DNA of 64,000 bases from assembly GCA_963745035.1 (NCBI GenBank), contig CAVUVW010000010.1, forward strand, positions 32,001-96,000, in the 5' to 3' direction. The translations under genes were made by a program, and so were the position numbers. The DNA comes from an uncultured delta proteobacterium. GTDB lineage: Bacteria; Desulfobacterota; Binatia; UBA9968. The notes beneath the pieces are model-generated. The model saw only the letters and a list, made by a program, of their open reading frames with translations. It was not told where the DNA came from and made no database searches. Numbering within the stretch: position 1 is the first letter of the stretch; every line of letters begins with the position of its first letter. Shown piece after piece: positions 51,434 to 61,982 of this stretch.

Positions 51434-52315
51434 TCATTTCTTCTGAACCGGGAAATAGCGTTCCAGCCAGTCGGCGACGATGCGTGTCAAGCGCTGATTC
51501 TCTTCGCTGAAGGTAAAATGATCGACATCCGACAGCAAATGAAGTTCCGCCGGTTGCCGGGCGCGTTTGAACATTTCGATCGACTCGTACGTTGGTGTGA
51601 CCGAATCGTTTGCGCTGTGCAGCAAGAGCACGGGACGCGGTGAAATATTGCCGATCTGGTCGTCGGCGCGGAAGTCGTTCATGCTCTGTGCGGTCTCGGC
51701 GGGAAATTCCATGATCGAGCCGCTGCTCATGCGATTGCGCAGTTTCTCCGGGATCGGCACGATGTCGTAGCGCGGCACCATGAGCGACTTGCCGGTGCGC
51801 TCGCGATGGCGTTTTCCCTCTTCGAGCATGTTGGTGAATTTTGCCCACGCTTCGGGAGTCGGATGCTGGCCGCGGAACTTCCGCTCGCCGTCGCCCCAAC
51901 CGCCGCAAGAGATTACTGCGGCCACCCGACTGTCCGCTCCTCCGGTGTAAACCGCGACCGCCGCTCCGAAGCTGCTGCCGACCAGGGCGATGCGTTGCGG
52001 GTCCACTTCCGGGCGCGCAGCCATGTAGGAGATTGCGTTGCGCGTGTCGGCGACCTGATCGAGGCAAATAATTCTGCCGTGCTCCCCCTCGCTGTCGCCG
52101 CAACCGCGAAAATCAATGCGCAAAGTCACGTAGCCCCATTGGACGAATTGCTTCGCCACAACGGCCTGGCCGTGGCCGTCCTTATTGCCGCCGAAGCCGT
52201 GCAGGACGATAAACGCCGGCCGGCGCTCGCCGGGCTTGTAGTCCGCAGGAACGTCGACGAGGCCGGCGATCCTAAGTCCGTCGGATTGAAAATTTATTTT
52301 CTCTTCCATAGTCAT
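51434..52315 (-). CDS. alpha/beta hydrolase
   Basis: VLHGFGG, DFRGCG, GSSFG nucleophile, D and H of the triad. Confidence 0.9.
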   Translation of the reverse strand: MTMEEKINFQSDGLRIAGLVDVPADYKPGERRPAFIVLHGFGGNKDGHGQAVVAKQFVQWGYVTLRIDFRGCGDSEGEHGRIICLDQVADTRNAISYMAARPEVDPQRIALVGSSFGAAVAVYTGGADSRVAAVISCGGWGDGERKFRGQHPTPEAWAKFTNMLEEGKRHRERTGKSLMVPRYDIVPIPEKLRNRMSSGSIMEFPAETAQSMNDFRADDQIGNISPRPVLLLHSANDSVTPTYESIEMFKRARQPAELHLLSDVDHFTFSEENQRLTRIVADWLERYFPVQKK

Positions 52316-53360
52316 GGCCCCTTTGTTTGGCTGGTCACAAGCCGGCGGCCCCAAAGCTCCTTCAAAAAGCCGCTTCTGTCCAACTGTTCGGCAAAGCTGT
52401 TATCGACGATCTCCGCGGGCGTTCGGCGGAGTTGCGTGCCTTCCTCCCGTGCTGTCTCGACCGCTTGCGCAACGGCCTGCGCCGGGACGATCAGGCGCCG
52501 GTTGACCAGTAGCTTGGCATAGGCATCGTAGGCGGACTGCAAGACTTCCTGATCGTTGATGCTCAGAACCTTCGACAGCGCGGCTTTGCCCTTTTCCGGA
52601 TTCATCTCGAGGAAATGAACCGATTCGGCGAGTGCGGCGACAAGTCGCTGCACGAGCAACTGGCGCTCTTTCAAGCCTTTCGCATTGGTGAACAGCGAGC
52701 TGTAAATCGATGGCACGCCGAGATCGTGCAAGTTGTAGATCAGCGGGAATCCGTCGCGCTTGGCGCGCACGTCCATGGGCGGCGTCAGAAACGTCGCCTG
52801 GGTGAGTCCTTGCACCATGGCGTTGTACGGCTCCAACTGGCCGGTGCCGCCGATATGAATGAGCTTCACGTCTTGGGTCGTCAAATTGAATTTCTTCATC
52901 ACCAACTTTGCCAGCTGGTCGGTGAGGCCGCCGGGACGCGACAATGCGATGCTCTTGCCCTTGAGATCCTGAGGCCGGCGAATGTCCTTCCGGCCGACCA
53001 AAACCCAAGGTAGACCGACGATGGGCGATCCGATCAACTTGGCGTCCGCGCCGGCAGCCATGCGCGGGATCATCGGATCGGCGGAGCAATAGATGAATTG
53101 AATCTCGTCCGCCGACAACGCGGCGAGACTGACAACGCCGCCGCGCAAGGTTACGTGTTCGACTTTGACGCCGTACTTGTCGAATAGCCCGTTGTAAAGC
53201 GCACTATAAAAATGAATGAACCCGCCGGTAATCGAGCAGGTGCCGACGCGCGCCGAGATCGGCAGCTTCGCCGGGTTTGGGCATGAAAGGGTTGGCGTGG
53301 ACGGCGCCGCTTAGGAAAATTGAAATCGCAGCGACAAGAAGATGTCTGTGGTATCCAGCG
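52312..53360 (-). CDS. NitT/TauT-type ABC substrate-binding protein, 5' end frameshifted (start approximate)
   Basis: The frame extends upstream of 53148 as GLFDKYGVKVEHVTLRGG; DLKGKSIA. Confidence 0.8.
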
Positions 53361-53532
53361 CGCCGTAATCCGAATATTCCTTCCCCCTCGACGGGGGAAG
53401 GTTAGGATGGGGGTGACGAAGTGGCGCAAATTTGAGGGACATTCCACCCCTCTAACTCTCCCCTGTCGAGGGTGAGAGGATCGGAGTAGGGGAGCGAGAA
53501 GCGTCATTGCTGCCTCACAATGTTCTTCGAGG

Positions 53533-54756
53533 TCATGCCCACGGGCCGGAGAATGCTTCTCCAAGATATGCGTTGACGTCGTGTTCCAGCGTTTCCGGCC
53601 ATTCGTTCAGTTTGCGCGGTCGTCTCATGTCTTTCGGCCGCGATTTTCCATCCCAGCCGATCTGCTCCATCGCGTAGTAAAGCTGGATCGTGTGGCCGTC
53701 GGGGTCGCGCACCGTGGCGGAGTATTCGATGCCGGGGTGGAGCTCGTGCGGCAGCGCTTCGGCGACTTCCACGCCGTGGTCGCGGAAGAACTTGACCGCG
53801 TCTCTTAGCTGGCGGTAGTTCGCGAGTTGCAGGCCGAAGGCGCCGCACTTCGAGTGCGCGCTTAAACCGAGAGGCTCGCGTAAGTTAAGCGGCAACAGGC
53901 CGACCGAGTGATGCTCGGTATTGGCGCGCAGGAACAAGCAGCGCTCGCCGCGCCAGAGCACTTCTTCGGTCAACGTGAAGCCCAGCGTGTCGCGATAAAA
54001 CGCCGCGGCCGTATCGAGATTTTCCGTGAAAAGATAGACCGGGCCGAGCCTGACGATCTTGAAAGGGCGGGGCAGCAGCACGCCGTCCACGTCGTAACTT
54101 GCCGGAAGCTTATCGACGTGGCGATAGCCGGAAAAAATATCGATGCCCTTGGCGCGCGCCTGCTCGACTTCATCGAATTCCGCGATCTGCGGCAGCTCGG
54201 GCGGTTTGTCGAAGCCGCGATCGTACATCGCGCGCGGCTTGCTGTGGCCGTTCCAGCCGATCTGCTCGATGCCATAGTAAAGCTCGTTACTCTGGCCGTC
54301 GGGATCGTACAAATACGTGTGCCAGTTCGATCCCGGCATATCGCGGCCGGAACGCTGCTGTTTGATGCCGCGTTCGTTGAACCATTGGATCGCATTACCG
54401 ACTTCAGCCAGGCTGCCGACTTGCCAGGTGATCTGATTGACGGTGATGCCCGGCTGTTCACTGCGGCCGAGCGCGTCGCGCACGCGTTTGGGAAAAAGCA
54501 CCATAGCGTGATGATCCGTGCCGTAACGGGTGAAATATCCGTTGGGGTCGCCGAGGCCGGCTACCTGCGCCGGGTCCTTGGCGCGGCGCGAGTAGTCCAT
54601 CACGTCGGAAATGCGAAAGCCGAGGAGATCGACGTAAAAATGCACGCCGGCTTCCATGTTACTGAGGTTGAAACCGAAGTGGCCGAGCCGCCGGATCTTG
54701 AAGGGCTGGTTTAAGAGCACGCCGCCCACGTTGAATTTGGCTTGGGTCGCAGACAT
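53533..54756 (-). CDS. two-domain VOC/extradiol dioxygenase-like protein
   Basis: RLGHFG, DHHAM, YDPDG, EHHSV, RDPDG. Confidence 0.85.
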   Translation of the reverse strand: MSATQAKFNVGGVLLNQPFKIRRLGHFGFNLSNMEAGVHFYVDLLGFRISDVMDYSRRAKDPAQVAGLGDPNGYFTRYGTDHHAMVLFPKRVRDALGRSEQPGITVNQITWQVGSLAEVGNAIQWFNERGIKQQRSGRDMPGSNWHTYLYDPDGQSNELYYGIEQIGWNGHSKPRAMYDRGFDKPPELPQIAEFDEVEQARAKGIDIFSGYRHVDKLPASYDVDGVLLPRPFKIVRLGPVYLFTENLDTAAAFYRDTLGFTLTEEVLWRGERCLFLRANTEHHSVGLLPLNLREPLGLSAHSKCGAFGLQLANYRQLRDAVKFFRDHGVEVAEALPHELHPGIEYSATVRDPDGHTIQLYYAMEQIGWDGKSRPKDMRRPRKLNEWPETLEHDVNAYLGEAFSGPWA

Positions 54757-54916
54757 CGAGCACCTCCGCGGTGATCCGGCCTCTCTATACAATCTTTCGT
54801 GCGTGGTCACAACGTGGTTCTGACATTTAACTTGCATGTGCCGTATTGCTGGTCTATCAATAGTCTTGCTCGCAGGTGGCGGTACACCTTTCATTATCCG
54901 ACGACAGGAGGTCTCG

Positions 54917-55777
54917 ATGGCGTTACAAGAACTTCATTCCAATCGCAAAATCTATTGGCCGGGCGATGCGCGCATCGCGGTGTTTTTGAGCTTCGATTTC
55001 CAAGGCGGCGAGGACGTGCGGCCGGACAAGAACGGCAGGATGAACCACGAAGAATATACTCAGGCCGAATACGGTCCGAAAACCGGCATCTACCGGATTT
55101 TGCGCATCCTGGCTGCGCACGAGGTCAAGGCGACGTTCTTGACCTGCGGCGGCATCGCCGAACGTTATCCCGAAGCCGTCGCGCAAATCGTCGCTCAGGG
55201 ACATGAAGTCGCGGGCCACGGATATCATCATGAGGTGGCGCGCGATCTCAGCAAAGACGAAGAGCGCGACGTGATCAAGCGCACGACGGATATGATTTAC
55301 AATCGGGCGCAGAAGCGGCCCTTCGGCTGGCGTTCCTGCACGCAAAGTCCGAATAGCCTGGAGCTGCTGCTCGATCAGGCGTATTTGTGGAACAGCAATT
55401 CATTTTCCTACGATCTGCCGTTCGTCTGGCAGAACGGCAAGAAAAAACTCGTCGAATTGCCGCGGCAGCCCTTCGGCGATGGGCGCACTTACGGCCATCG
55501 TGATTCCGGCAACCCCAACGATACGCTGGTGATCTGGAAGGGCATGTTCGATCAATTCTACGAAGAGTCGAGCAGCGCGCCGACCTTTTGCCCGTTCCAG
55601 TTTCATCCGTATATTTCGAGCCGGCCGGGCCGTGCGAAAATCTTCTCCGAGATCATCGGCTACATGAAATCACACAAAGGTGTGTGGTTCGCCACCGGCA
55701 GCGAAGTGGCGCATTGGTGGCTGGAGAAGGAATTCTCCGTGGAGCCGGCGCGGGAGCGGGTATCGAAAGTGGCGTAA
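54917..55777 (+). CDS. polysaccharide deacetylase/PuuE-like hydrolase
   Basis: WPGDARIAV, EYG, HEVAGHGYHH, FHP. Confidence 0.88.
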   Translation: MALQELHSNRKIYWPGDARIAVFLSFDFQGGEDVRPDKNGRMNHEEYTQAEYGPKTGIYRILRILAAHEVKATFLTCGGIAERYPEAVAQIVAQGHEVAGHGYHHEVARDLSKDEERDVIKRTTDMIYNRAQKRPFGWRSCTQSPNSLELLLDQAYLWNSNSFSYDLPFVWQNGKKKLVELPRQPFGDGRTYGHRDSGNPNDTLVIWKGMFDQFYEESSSAPTFCPFQFHPYISSRPGRAKIFSEIIGYMKSHKGVWFATGSEVAHWWLEKEFSVEPARERVSKVA

Positions 55778-55864
55778 CAAAGATCGGGTACTGGAGTATT
55801 GGAGTGATGGAGTGTTGGGTGGGAAGCAATACTCCACTACTCCATTACTCCAACACTCCACGCC

Positions 55865-56401
55865 TTATGACCTGAACCAGTAGCGAATTCTTTTTCTCAT
55901 TCCCCGTCCCATCCGCCTTTTTAGCTCGAACCAGATCCGCAAGAACCAGTTGCGCGAAAACCACGCGAAGGATGTCGAGGTGGTGATCCATTGGTGGTTG
56001 AATTCGAAAGCTGTTTTGAACTTGCGGATCTGCAGAGTTTTGCCGAACTTGCGCTTGAAGATCGCTTTCACGCTGACGGCGTTGCGGGTCTCGACGAAGA
56101 CCGTGATCGTTTCCACCGGCACGATGGCGCGCACGCGGGCGATTTTTTGCGCCAGCCCGACTTCATTCTTGGCGCTGACCTCGACGATATTTCCTAAAAG
56201 CTCCGGCTCCTGAATCGTGGCTTCGACGATTTCCCGGCGCAGTTTGATCTCCTCGCCATGATCGAGATCGTAGCCGGCCAGCACGAAATAGGTTTTGTGC
56301 TTGGTCGTCTGCATCGACTTCTGCCACCAGTCGAGCGCCCGTTCCAAGCTTGTGCGCGATGCATGGGAGAGCCGCCGCGGGTCCAAGATCCCGTAGGGCA
56401 T
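55865..56401 (-). CDS. hypothetical protein
   Basis: 178-aa ORF with normal codon usage, co-oriented with the DUF1989 gene; start uncertain. Confidence 0.55.
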   Translation of the reverse strand: MPYGILDPRRLSHASRTSLERALDWWQKSMQTTKHKTYFVLAGYDLDHGEEIKLRREIVEATIQEPELLGNIVEVSAKNEVGLAQKIARVRAIVPVETITVFVETRNAVSVKAIFKRKFGKTLQIRKFKTAFEFNHQWITTSTSFAWFSRNWFLRIWFELKRRMGRGMRKRIRYWFRS

Positions 56402-56455
56402 GGCGACGATGACGATGGAAATGGCGCAATACTCCTTGCCGACGAGACTTGGCGA

Positions 56456-57079
56456 TCAGGGCTGGTAGATCATGGCGTCGACGGATTTGCCGCCGACCGC
56501 GAGATCCGGGCATGCGCTGAGCGCCACCAGCAAATCCATTTCGGCGCGGATGTCCATGTAGTTGCCTTCGGGCGGGCGGACCTGGGTGTGTTCCATCTTT
56601 CCGGTGGCGCCGTCGATCTTCATGTGCTGATTCAAATTAAACGGGCTCGGGATGTCTTCGGGAATGATGCCGTATGGCGCCAGCGCCTTGGACAGATTCT
56701 CGTAGCAGCCGTGGTCGGGAATCTCCGCGATCGCGCGCGGATAATATTCCGCCAGGCGGTTTTCCTGTTGCGCCAGGCGAAAGCGATAGCCGCTGCACAT
56801 GCCTTTTTGCAGATCGTGGGTGCCGGTCTTGTTGCCGTCATAGACGATCGTCATCATGTGCTGGTTGTCGCGCCCCATGAGCTTGTGACCGGCGGTGACG
56901 AAGAGCGTCATGTTGTAGACTTTGGTGCGCGCCTGATCGAAGCGCTCGCGCAGGTTCTGAAGCTTGAAGAAGACGAAATCCACCGTGGTCGTGGCGGTGA
57001 TCCGAATCACTTGGCCTTGTTTCATCTCCGCCGACCAGCCGGTGTTGTGCGCCACGTGGGACTGGCAAATGGTATTCAT
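56456..57079 (-). CDS. DUF1989 (urea carboxylase-associated) protein
   Basis: HDLQKGMC, HGCYENL, AEMDLLVALSACP. Confidence 0.88.
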   Translation of the reverse strand: MNTICQSHVAHNTGWSAEMKQGQVIRITATTTVDFVFFKLQNLRERFDQARTKVYNMTLFVTAGHKLMGRDNQHMMTIVYDGNKTGTHDLQKGMCSGYRFRLAQQENRLAEYYPRAIAEIPDHGCYENLSKALAPYGIIPEDIPSPFNLNQHMKIDGATGKMEHTQVRPPEGNYMDIRAEMDLLVALSACPDLAVGGKSVDAMIYQP

Positions 57080-57102
57080 CGCAATCACCCTTTCTATTTC
57101 AG

Positions 57103-58125
57103 CTAACGATTCTTGTAGAGCGCGTCGACATAGCCGCTGTTCACCAGCTCGCGGATGAAGCGCGACTCGGTGAAGCGCTGCGGCGCCACTCCTGCAGGGA
57201 GGGGGCGGCTGGCGGAAATCTCTTCGAGAATGGTCTGGATCGCCGCCGGCGTGGCTTCGGGAGCGCGCTTGAAATACTTGGCCGCGTAGAGCTCGTAGAT
57301 CTTTTCCGTCGCCGGCGTGGTTTTTTGTTTGGTGTATTTCTCCAGCACCGCGAGGGCGGCGGCTTTGTCGGTTTTGAAGCGGTGAATGCCTTCGACGTAG
57401 GCCTTCATGAAGCGCGCGACCAATTCGGGCTGGCTCTTGAGGAATGACTGGCGTGCCGCGAACGGGCCGAAGGGATAGACCAAGCCCGACGCCGATACGT
57501 CGGCAAGCCTCGAATAGCCGGCCGCTTCGGCGTTGAGCGTCTCCGGCCCGGTGGAAAGAACCCCGCTCTGCACCGATCCGCCTTTTAGCGCGGCGAACAC
57601 TTGCGGGCCGGAGCCCGTTTGAAAAATGGCGACGTCTTTATCGGGGTGCAGGTTCCATTTCTTGAGCAGATAACGGGCGACGAAATCGGTGGTCGCGCCA
57701 ATGCGGCTGACGCCGAGCCGGGTTCCTTTGAGCTGGGCCGGCTCCTTGATGTGGGCAAGCGACCAGAGTTCGAAGGGCAGCGAGTCGATGCTGGCGCCGA
57801 GCAGCACCACGTCGGAGCCCTGCAAGTTGGCGGCAACGGTGGCGCCGGCGGCGGTAAAAGAAATCGAAACATCGCCGGCGATCAGTGCCTGCAGCGAGGG
57901 CGGCCCGCCGGCGATGTAAATGAACTCGGGTTCGATATTGTACTTCTTGAATATTCCCGCATCATTGGTCAGCCACAGCGGGCCGTAAACCACGGCAATG
58001 GAAGTATACGCAATGCGCAGAGATTCAGCCCCGGCGGGAAGCGCGGGAACGAGCAGCGCCGCGACGGTCAGCCAGCGCGCGATGCCGAGCTTGGCGCGCC
58101 GAAAAAGAGCTGAAAAAAATCGCAT
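57103..58125 (-). CDS. NitT/TauT-type ABC substrate-binding protein
   Basis: Signal peptide; GIFKKYNIE, QLKGTRLG. Confidence 0.88.
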   Translation of the reverse strand: MRFFSALFRRAKLGIARWLTVAALLVPALPAGAESLRIAYTSIAVVYGPLWLTNDAGIFKKYNIEPEFIYIAGGPPSLQALIAGDVSISFTAAGATVAANLQGSDVVLLGASIDSLPFELWSLAHIKEPAQLKGTRLGVSRIGATTDFVARYLLKKWNLHPDKDVAIFQTGSGPQVFAALKGGSVQSGVLSTGPETLNAEAAGYSRLADVSASGLVYPFGPFAARQSFLKSQPELVARFMKAYVEGIHRFKTDKAAALAVLEKYTKQKTTPATEKIYELYAAKYFKRAPEATPAAIQTILEEISASRPLPAGVAPQRFTESRFIRELVNSGYVDALYKNR

Positions 58126-58231
58126 GGCCGTTTTCTCGTGAGCAATCTGTAAGTGAGATTGCTCATCCTGTCAAGCAATCCGGCGCCATGACGGCAGCGC
58201 CCGCGCCGAGCAAAAATGAAGCTCTGCGCAT

Positions 58232-58271
58232 AAAAAAGCCTGGACGAAAGCAGTGACGTCCAGGCTTTTTT
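58232..58271 (-). terminator. rho-independent terminator
   Basis: AAAAAAGCCTGGACG-loop-CGTCCAGGCTTTTTT after the stop at 58290. Confidence 0.8.
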
Positions 58272-58289
58272 GCGTGCTTGTCGGCGCGC

Positions 58290-59552
58290 TCAGCCGCGGA
58301 AGTATTCTTTGAATCCCGTGACCATGACGTTGGCGAGCCGCTCGTTGTAGCTCTCGACATGGCCGTAATGGGTCAGGTTCGGCACCACGATCAGGCGCAG
58401 CTCTTCAGCGAACGGCTTGAAGCGGTTAAAGGCGTAGACTTCACGGCGAAATTCCAGCCCCCTCTCACCGCCTTCGATCCAGTGGCCTTTGTCGCGCTCG
58501 CCGACGATGTGGAGCAGTTTCTTGCCGCGCAGCCGGCTCAAATCGGATTGGTAGGTGATAAACAATTCCTCATCGGGAAGACCGGAAACTTTTTTGATTT
58601 CCGGCAGCAGCGTGTCGTGGGCGCTGTGCTCGATGTCTTGCAAAAACGGCTTGAACTGCGGCCGGCGGTGATTTTCCAACTCGAACCAGCGCTCCACGTC
58701 GCCCCACGGTTGGTTCGGTCCGACGTAGCCGCTTTTCGCGTAGCCCTTGGGCGATCTGCGGCTCAAGTCGGTCAGATTGCGAAACGGCGCCGCGCGCTCC
58801 TCCGGCGATTTCTCCGCGCAAGCGAGGTCCCATTCTTTGCGCACCCATGCCGGCATGCCGGTGCCGAAGCCGAGACCGCCGATCAATTTGTTTTTCAAGC
58901 CGTGTTGCTCCATCAGATAAAAATACTCGCCGCCCGTCGAATGACCCCACATGAAGATCGATTGCGTGAGATTCTTTTCGACCAGCGCCTTGATCGCTTC
59001 AACGCACATGCGAAAGGTGTAGACCGCGAGGCGATTCTTAAGCTCCGTGTCGCTCGGGATTTCGCCGATGATGAATTCGGGGCGGCGCTCGGCTATCGGC
59101 GGCCAAGGTTTGCGGCTGTAATGGCCCGGCAGCGAGATGGCGAGCATGGGAATGCCGAGCGACGCGATATGCTGCGCGACGCCGACGCGGGCTTTCTCCG
59201 GATCGCTTTTCGTGAGGTCCGGATATTCTTCCGGGCCGTCGGGTGTAAAGATGAATTCGTACTCGTTGGCGGCGCCGCCGTGGATCATGACGACGGCCAT
59301 GTCGGGAATGGAAACGTTGGCCGGTGTGAACAGCCGGCCATGAATATCCCAGGCAAATAATTTGCCGGGCTTTTCAGGGTTGGGGTAACTCTCGATGCGT
59401 TCCTGGACTTCTTTCACCGTGAATGGCGTGCGCGGAAGAGGATCGCGAAGATTTTTGTAGTCCTCGAAGGGCATGTAATAAATGAAATCGTCTTTCAGGC
59501 CGCTGCCGTGCTTCAGCGCTTTGACTAGATTGTCCATTGCTTGTTGGCTCAT
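58290..59552 (-). CDS. alpha/beta-hydrolase-fold protein
   Basis: MIHGG, GHSTG, VGERD, THYGH. Confidence 0.75.
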   Translation of the reverse strand: MSQQAMDNLVKALKHGSGLKDDFIYYMPFEDYKNLRDPLPRTPFTVKEVQERIESYPNPEKPGKLFAWDIHGRLFTPANVSIPDMAVVMIHGGAANEYEFIFTPDGPEEYPDLTKSDPEKARVGVAQHIASLGIPMLAISLPGHYSRKPWPPIAERRPEFIIGEIPSDTELKNRLAVYTFRMCVEAIKALVEKNLTQSIFMWGHSTGGEYFYLMEQHGLKNKLIGGLGFGTGMPAWVRKEWDLACAEKSPEERAAPFRNLTDLSRRSPKGYAKSGYVGPNQPWGDVERWFELENHRRPQFKPFLQDIEHSAHDTLLPEIKKVSGLPDEELFITYQSDLSRLRGKKLLHIVGERDKGHWIEGGERGLEFRREVYAFNRFKPFAEELRLIVVPNLTHYGHVESYNERLANVMVTGFKEYFRG

Positions 59553-59841
59553 TTCGTTCTCCTCATTTCGAATGTCGTTACAGAGATATGCGTTCAGCTC
59601 GATGGATGTCAACTTCCTGAGAAAATCTCTTGCCTCCGGTGAGCATGGCACAGCTCAGAATGTCATTCTGAGTGCGAGTAGCCGAAGAATCTGCTTGTTC
59701 TCGCGGGCCATTCGAAAATGCAGATCTTCGCCAGGCGCTTAGGATGACTACCCCTTCGTTAGGGTAGAATGACGGCTCCCAGCTTGATGCTGCGTGCGAA
59801 TCTGAGATAAATAAACCCAAGCACTTCGGCGGAGGTCTTTC

Positions 59842-60943
59842 ATGGCAGAGAACGGCGCGCGCCCTTCCTATGACAAAGTGGATCGTAAAGTGGAGGTGAT
59901 GGACACACCCTACGATCGCTGGATTTCATCCCAGGGGATCGATGTGATCCGCGGGTTTTTCGTCGACAATCTTTACACGGTGCCGCTCAAATGGTGGGAC
60001 CGCATGGGCGGGAACGGCGTGTATATCATGCTCGATGGGACGGGATATCTCGACGATGCGTACGTTGTCGGCATTCCGCCGGGCAAGAACCTCAACCCGC
60101 AGCGGCATATCTACGAGGCGCTCTACTATGTTCTCGACGGCCGCGGCGCGACCAGCGTGTGGCAAAACAACGGCCCCAAGCAGAGCTTCGAGTGGCAAAC
60201 CGGAAGCTTGTTCGCGATCCCGCTCAACGCCCAGTACCAGCATTTCAACGGCCAGGGCGACAAGGAAGCAAGATTGCTGGCGGTCACTACTGCGCCGCTC
60301 GTCTTCAATTTATTCCACTGCGAAGATTTCGTCATCAATAACCCGTATTCCTTCACGGACCGCTTCAAAGGGGAAGAAGGATTCTTCGCGGGCAACGGCA
60401 AGCTCTACAGCGATCGTGTGGTGGAAACGAATTTCGTCGCCGACGCCGATCAACATCGAGCCGGTGGCGTGGACGGAAAGAGGCAAGGGCAACGCCACGA
60501 TCTTTTTCGAGATGTCGGAAAGCATGATGGGCTCCCATGTGTCGCGCTTTCCCGTGGGGATTTACAAGAAGGCGCACCGCCACGGTCCGGGCGCGCACGT
60601 GTTTATTCTTACCGGCAAGGGTTATTCGCTGCTCTGGCCCGAGGGCAAAGAGATGACGCGCGTCGATTGGAAGCCAGGCTCGATCGTGGTACCGCCCGAG
60701 GGGTGGTTCCACCAGCACTTCAATTCGAGCGCCGAGCCTGCGCGATATTTGGCGCTAAAGATTCTCAGCCGCAAGTACAAGCTTCAGCCCGGGAAGATCC
60801 AGTCCGACGTGCCGCTGGCGTATGGCGGGTGGCAGATCGAATATGAGGATGAAGACCCGATCATTCGGAAGATATTCGAGGAGGAATGCGCCAAGTCCGG
60901 CGCCGAAGTGAGGATGCCGCCGATCGAGAGGCGCGCCAATTGA
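59842..60943 (+). CDS. bicupin protein (gentisate dioxygenase-like), frameshift near 60445
   Basis: QRHIYE..YQHFN and AHRHGPG..FHQHFN cupin motifs. Confidence 0.85.
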
Positions 60944-60969
60944 CAAGCCTGAGCGTGTTTTTTAATAAT
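60940..60969 (+). promoter_or_regulatory. sigma70-like promoter
   Basis: TTGACA-N18-AATAAT upstream of the VOC gene. Confidence 0.45.
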
Positions 60970-61013
60970 GGTTTATAAGTTGCCTAAAAGGCTCGTTTCT
61001 CCAAGGAGAGAAT

Positions 61014-61844
61014 ATGCTTAAACCTATCGGGCTTACTGAGGGTCACTACGAATGCCGGTCGCTGGACGAGACCCTGCCGATCTTTACGGATCTGTTGGCC
61101 GCCGAGATCGTCGAGCGCACGGAAAAGCAAGCCATCGTCAAACATCCGAATACTGCTTGGAGACTGGTGATTCACGAGGGCGGGCCGGACGCCAAGAACA
61201 AGCCGCACACGAACCATTACGGATTCCGCGTGGCTAATTCGAAGGAAATCCCCAAAGCTCACGAATACATTTCCGACCACAAGGCGCAGTACAAGATCAA
61301 GAGCGTCACCAAGCCCCACGAAGCGCACTTCGCTTACTCGATTTATTTTAAAGAACCCGGCGGCAACGATCTCGAAATCGAATACTATAATCCCGCGGCG
61401 ATCAAGCAAGGCCGGAAGATCGCCGCGCCGCACTGGAAGACGCCGATGCCGGAAGAGCGGTTTCCGGGCAAAGGCTACGTGCCCCAGGCGATGACCCACG
61501 GTACCCTCAATTGTGACGACAAGGAAGTCAGCGACAAGTTTCTTGCCAACGTGCTTGGCCTCGACATCATCGGCGGCGGGCGCACGTCCACTTATATCAG
61601 CGTGCCGAACATGGGGCCGTGGTACGTGGTCGTTCTGCCGACTACCCATCGCGATTATCTCTCGGAAGCGAATCGATTTACGCTGCAACTCGCCACGTCA
61701 GAGGAAGTCGAAGACGCGCACAAGGAGTTTTCCAAGAAGGGCAAAGAGCTCGGCATCACGGAGCTGCGCGACCTTCAAACCAACGGCCGCGCACACTTTC
61801 TGCTGAGCGACATCAGCAAGAACTGGTGGGAGATCACGTCGTAG
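61014..61844 (+). CDS. VOC family protein
   Basis: NHYGF, SIYFKEPGGNDLEIE, KNWWEI; AAGGAG RBS. Confidence 0.8.
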   Translation: MLKPIGLTEGHYECRSLDETLPIFTDLLAAEIVERTEKQAIVKHPNTAWRLVIHEGGPDAKNKPHTNHYGFRVANSKEIPKAHEYISDHKAQYKIKSVTKPHEAHFAYSIYFKEPGGNDLEIEYYNPAAIKQGRKIAAPHWKTPMPEERFPGKGYVPQAMTHGTLNCDDKEVSDKFLANVLGLDIIGGGRTSTYISVPNMGPWYVVVLPTTHRDYLSEANRFTLQLATSEEVEDAHKEFSKKGKELGITELRDLQTNGRAHFLLSDISKNWWEITS

Positions 61845-61868
61845 TATCGATTCTCTAACATTGCAGAG

Positions 61869-61904
61869 AACGCCGCTAACGGGAAACTGCTAGCGGCGTT
61901 TTTA
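61869..61904 (+). terminator. rho-independent terminator
   Basis: AACGCCGCTA-loop-TAGCGGCGTTTTT. Confidence 0.8.
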
Positions 61905-61982
61905 TTTTGGGAGACGCGGTTGCAGGAATTGTCGAGTCATCGATCCGCGAGTTAACCAAAAATCTTAGGGAGGATGATTGCT

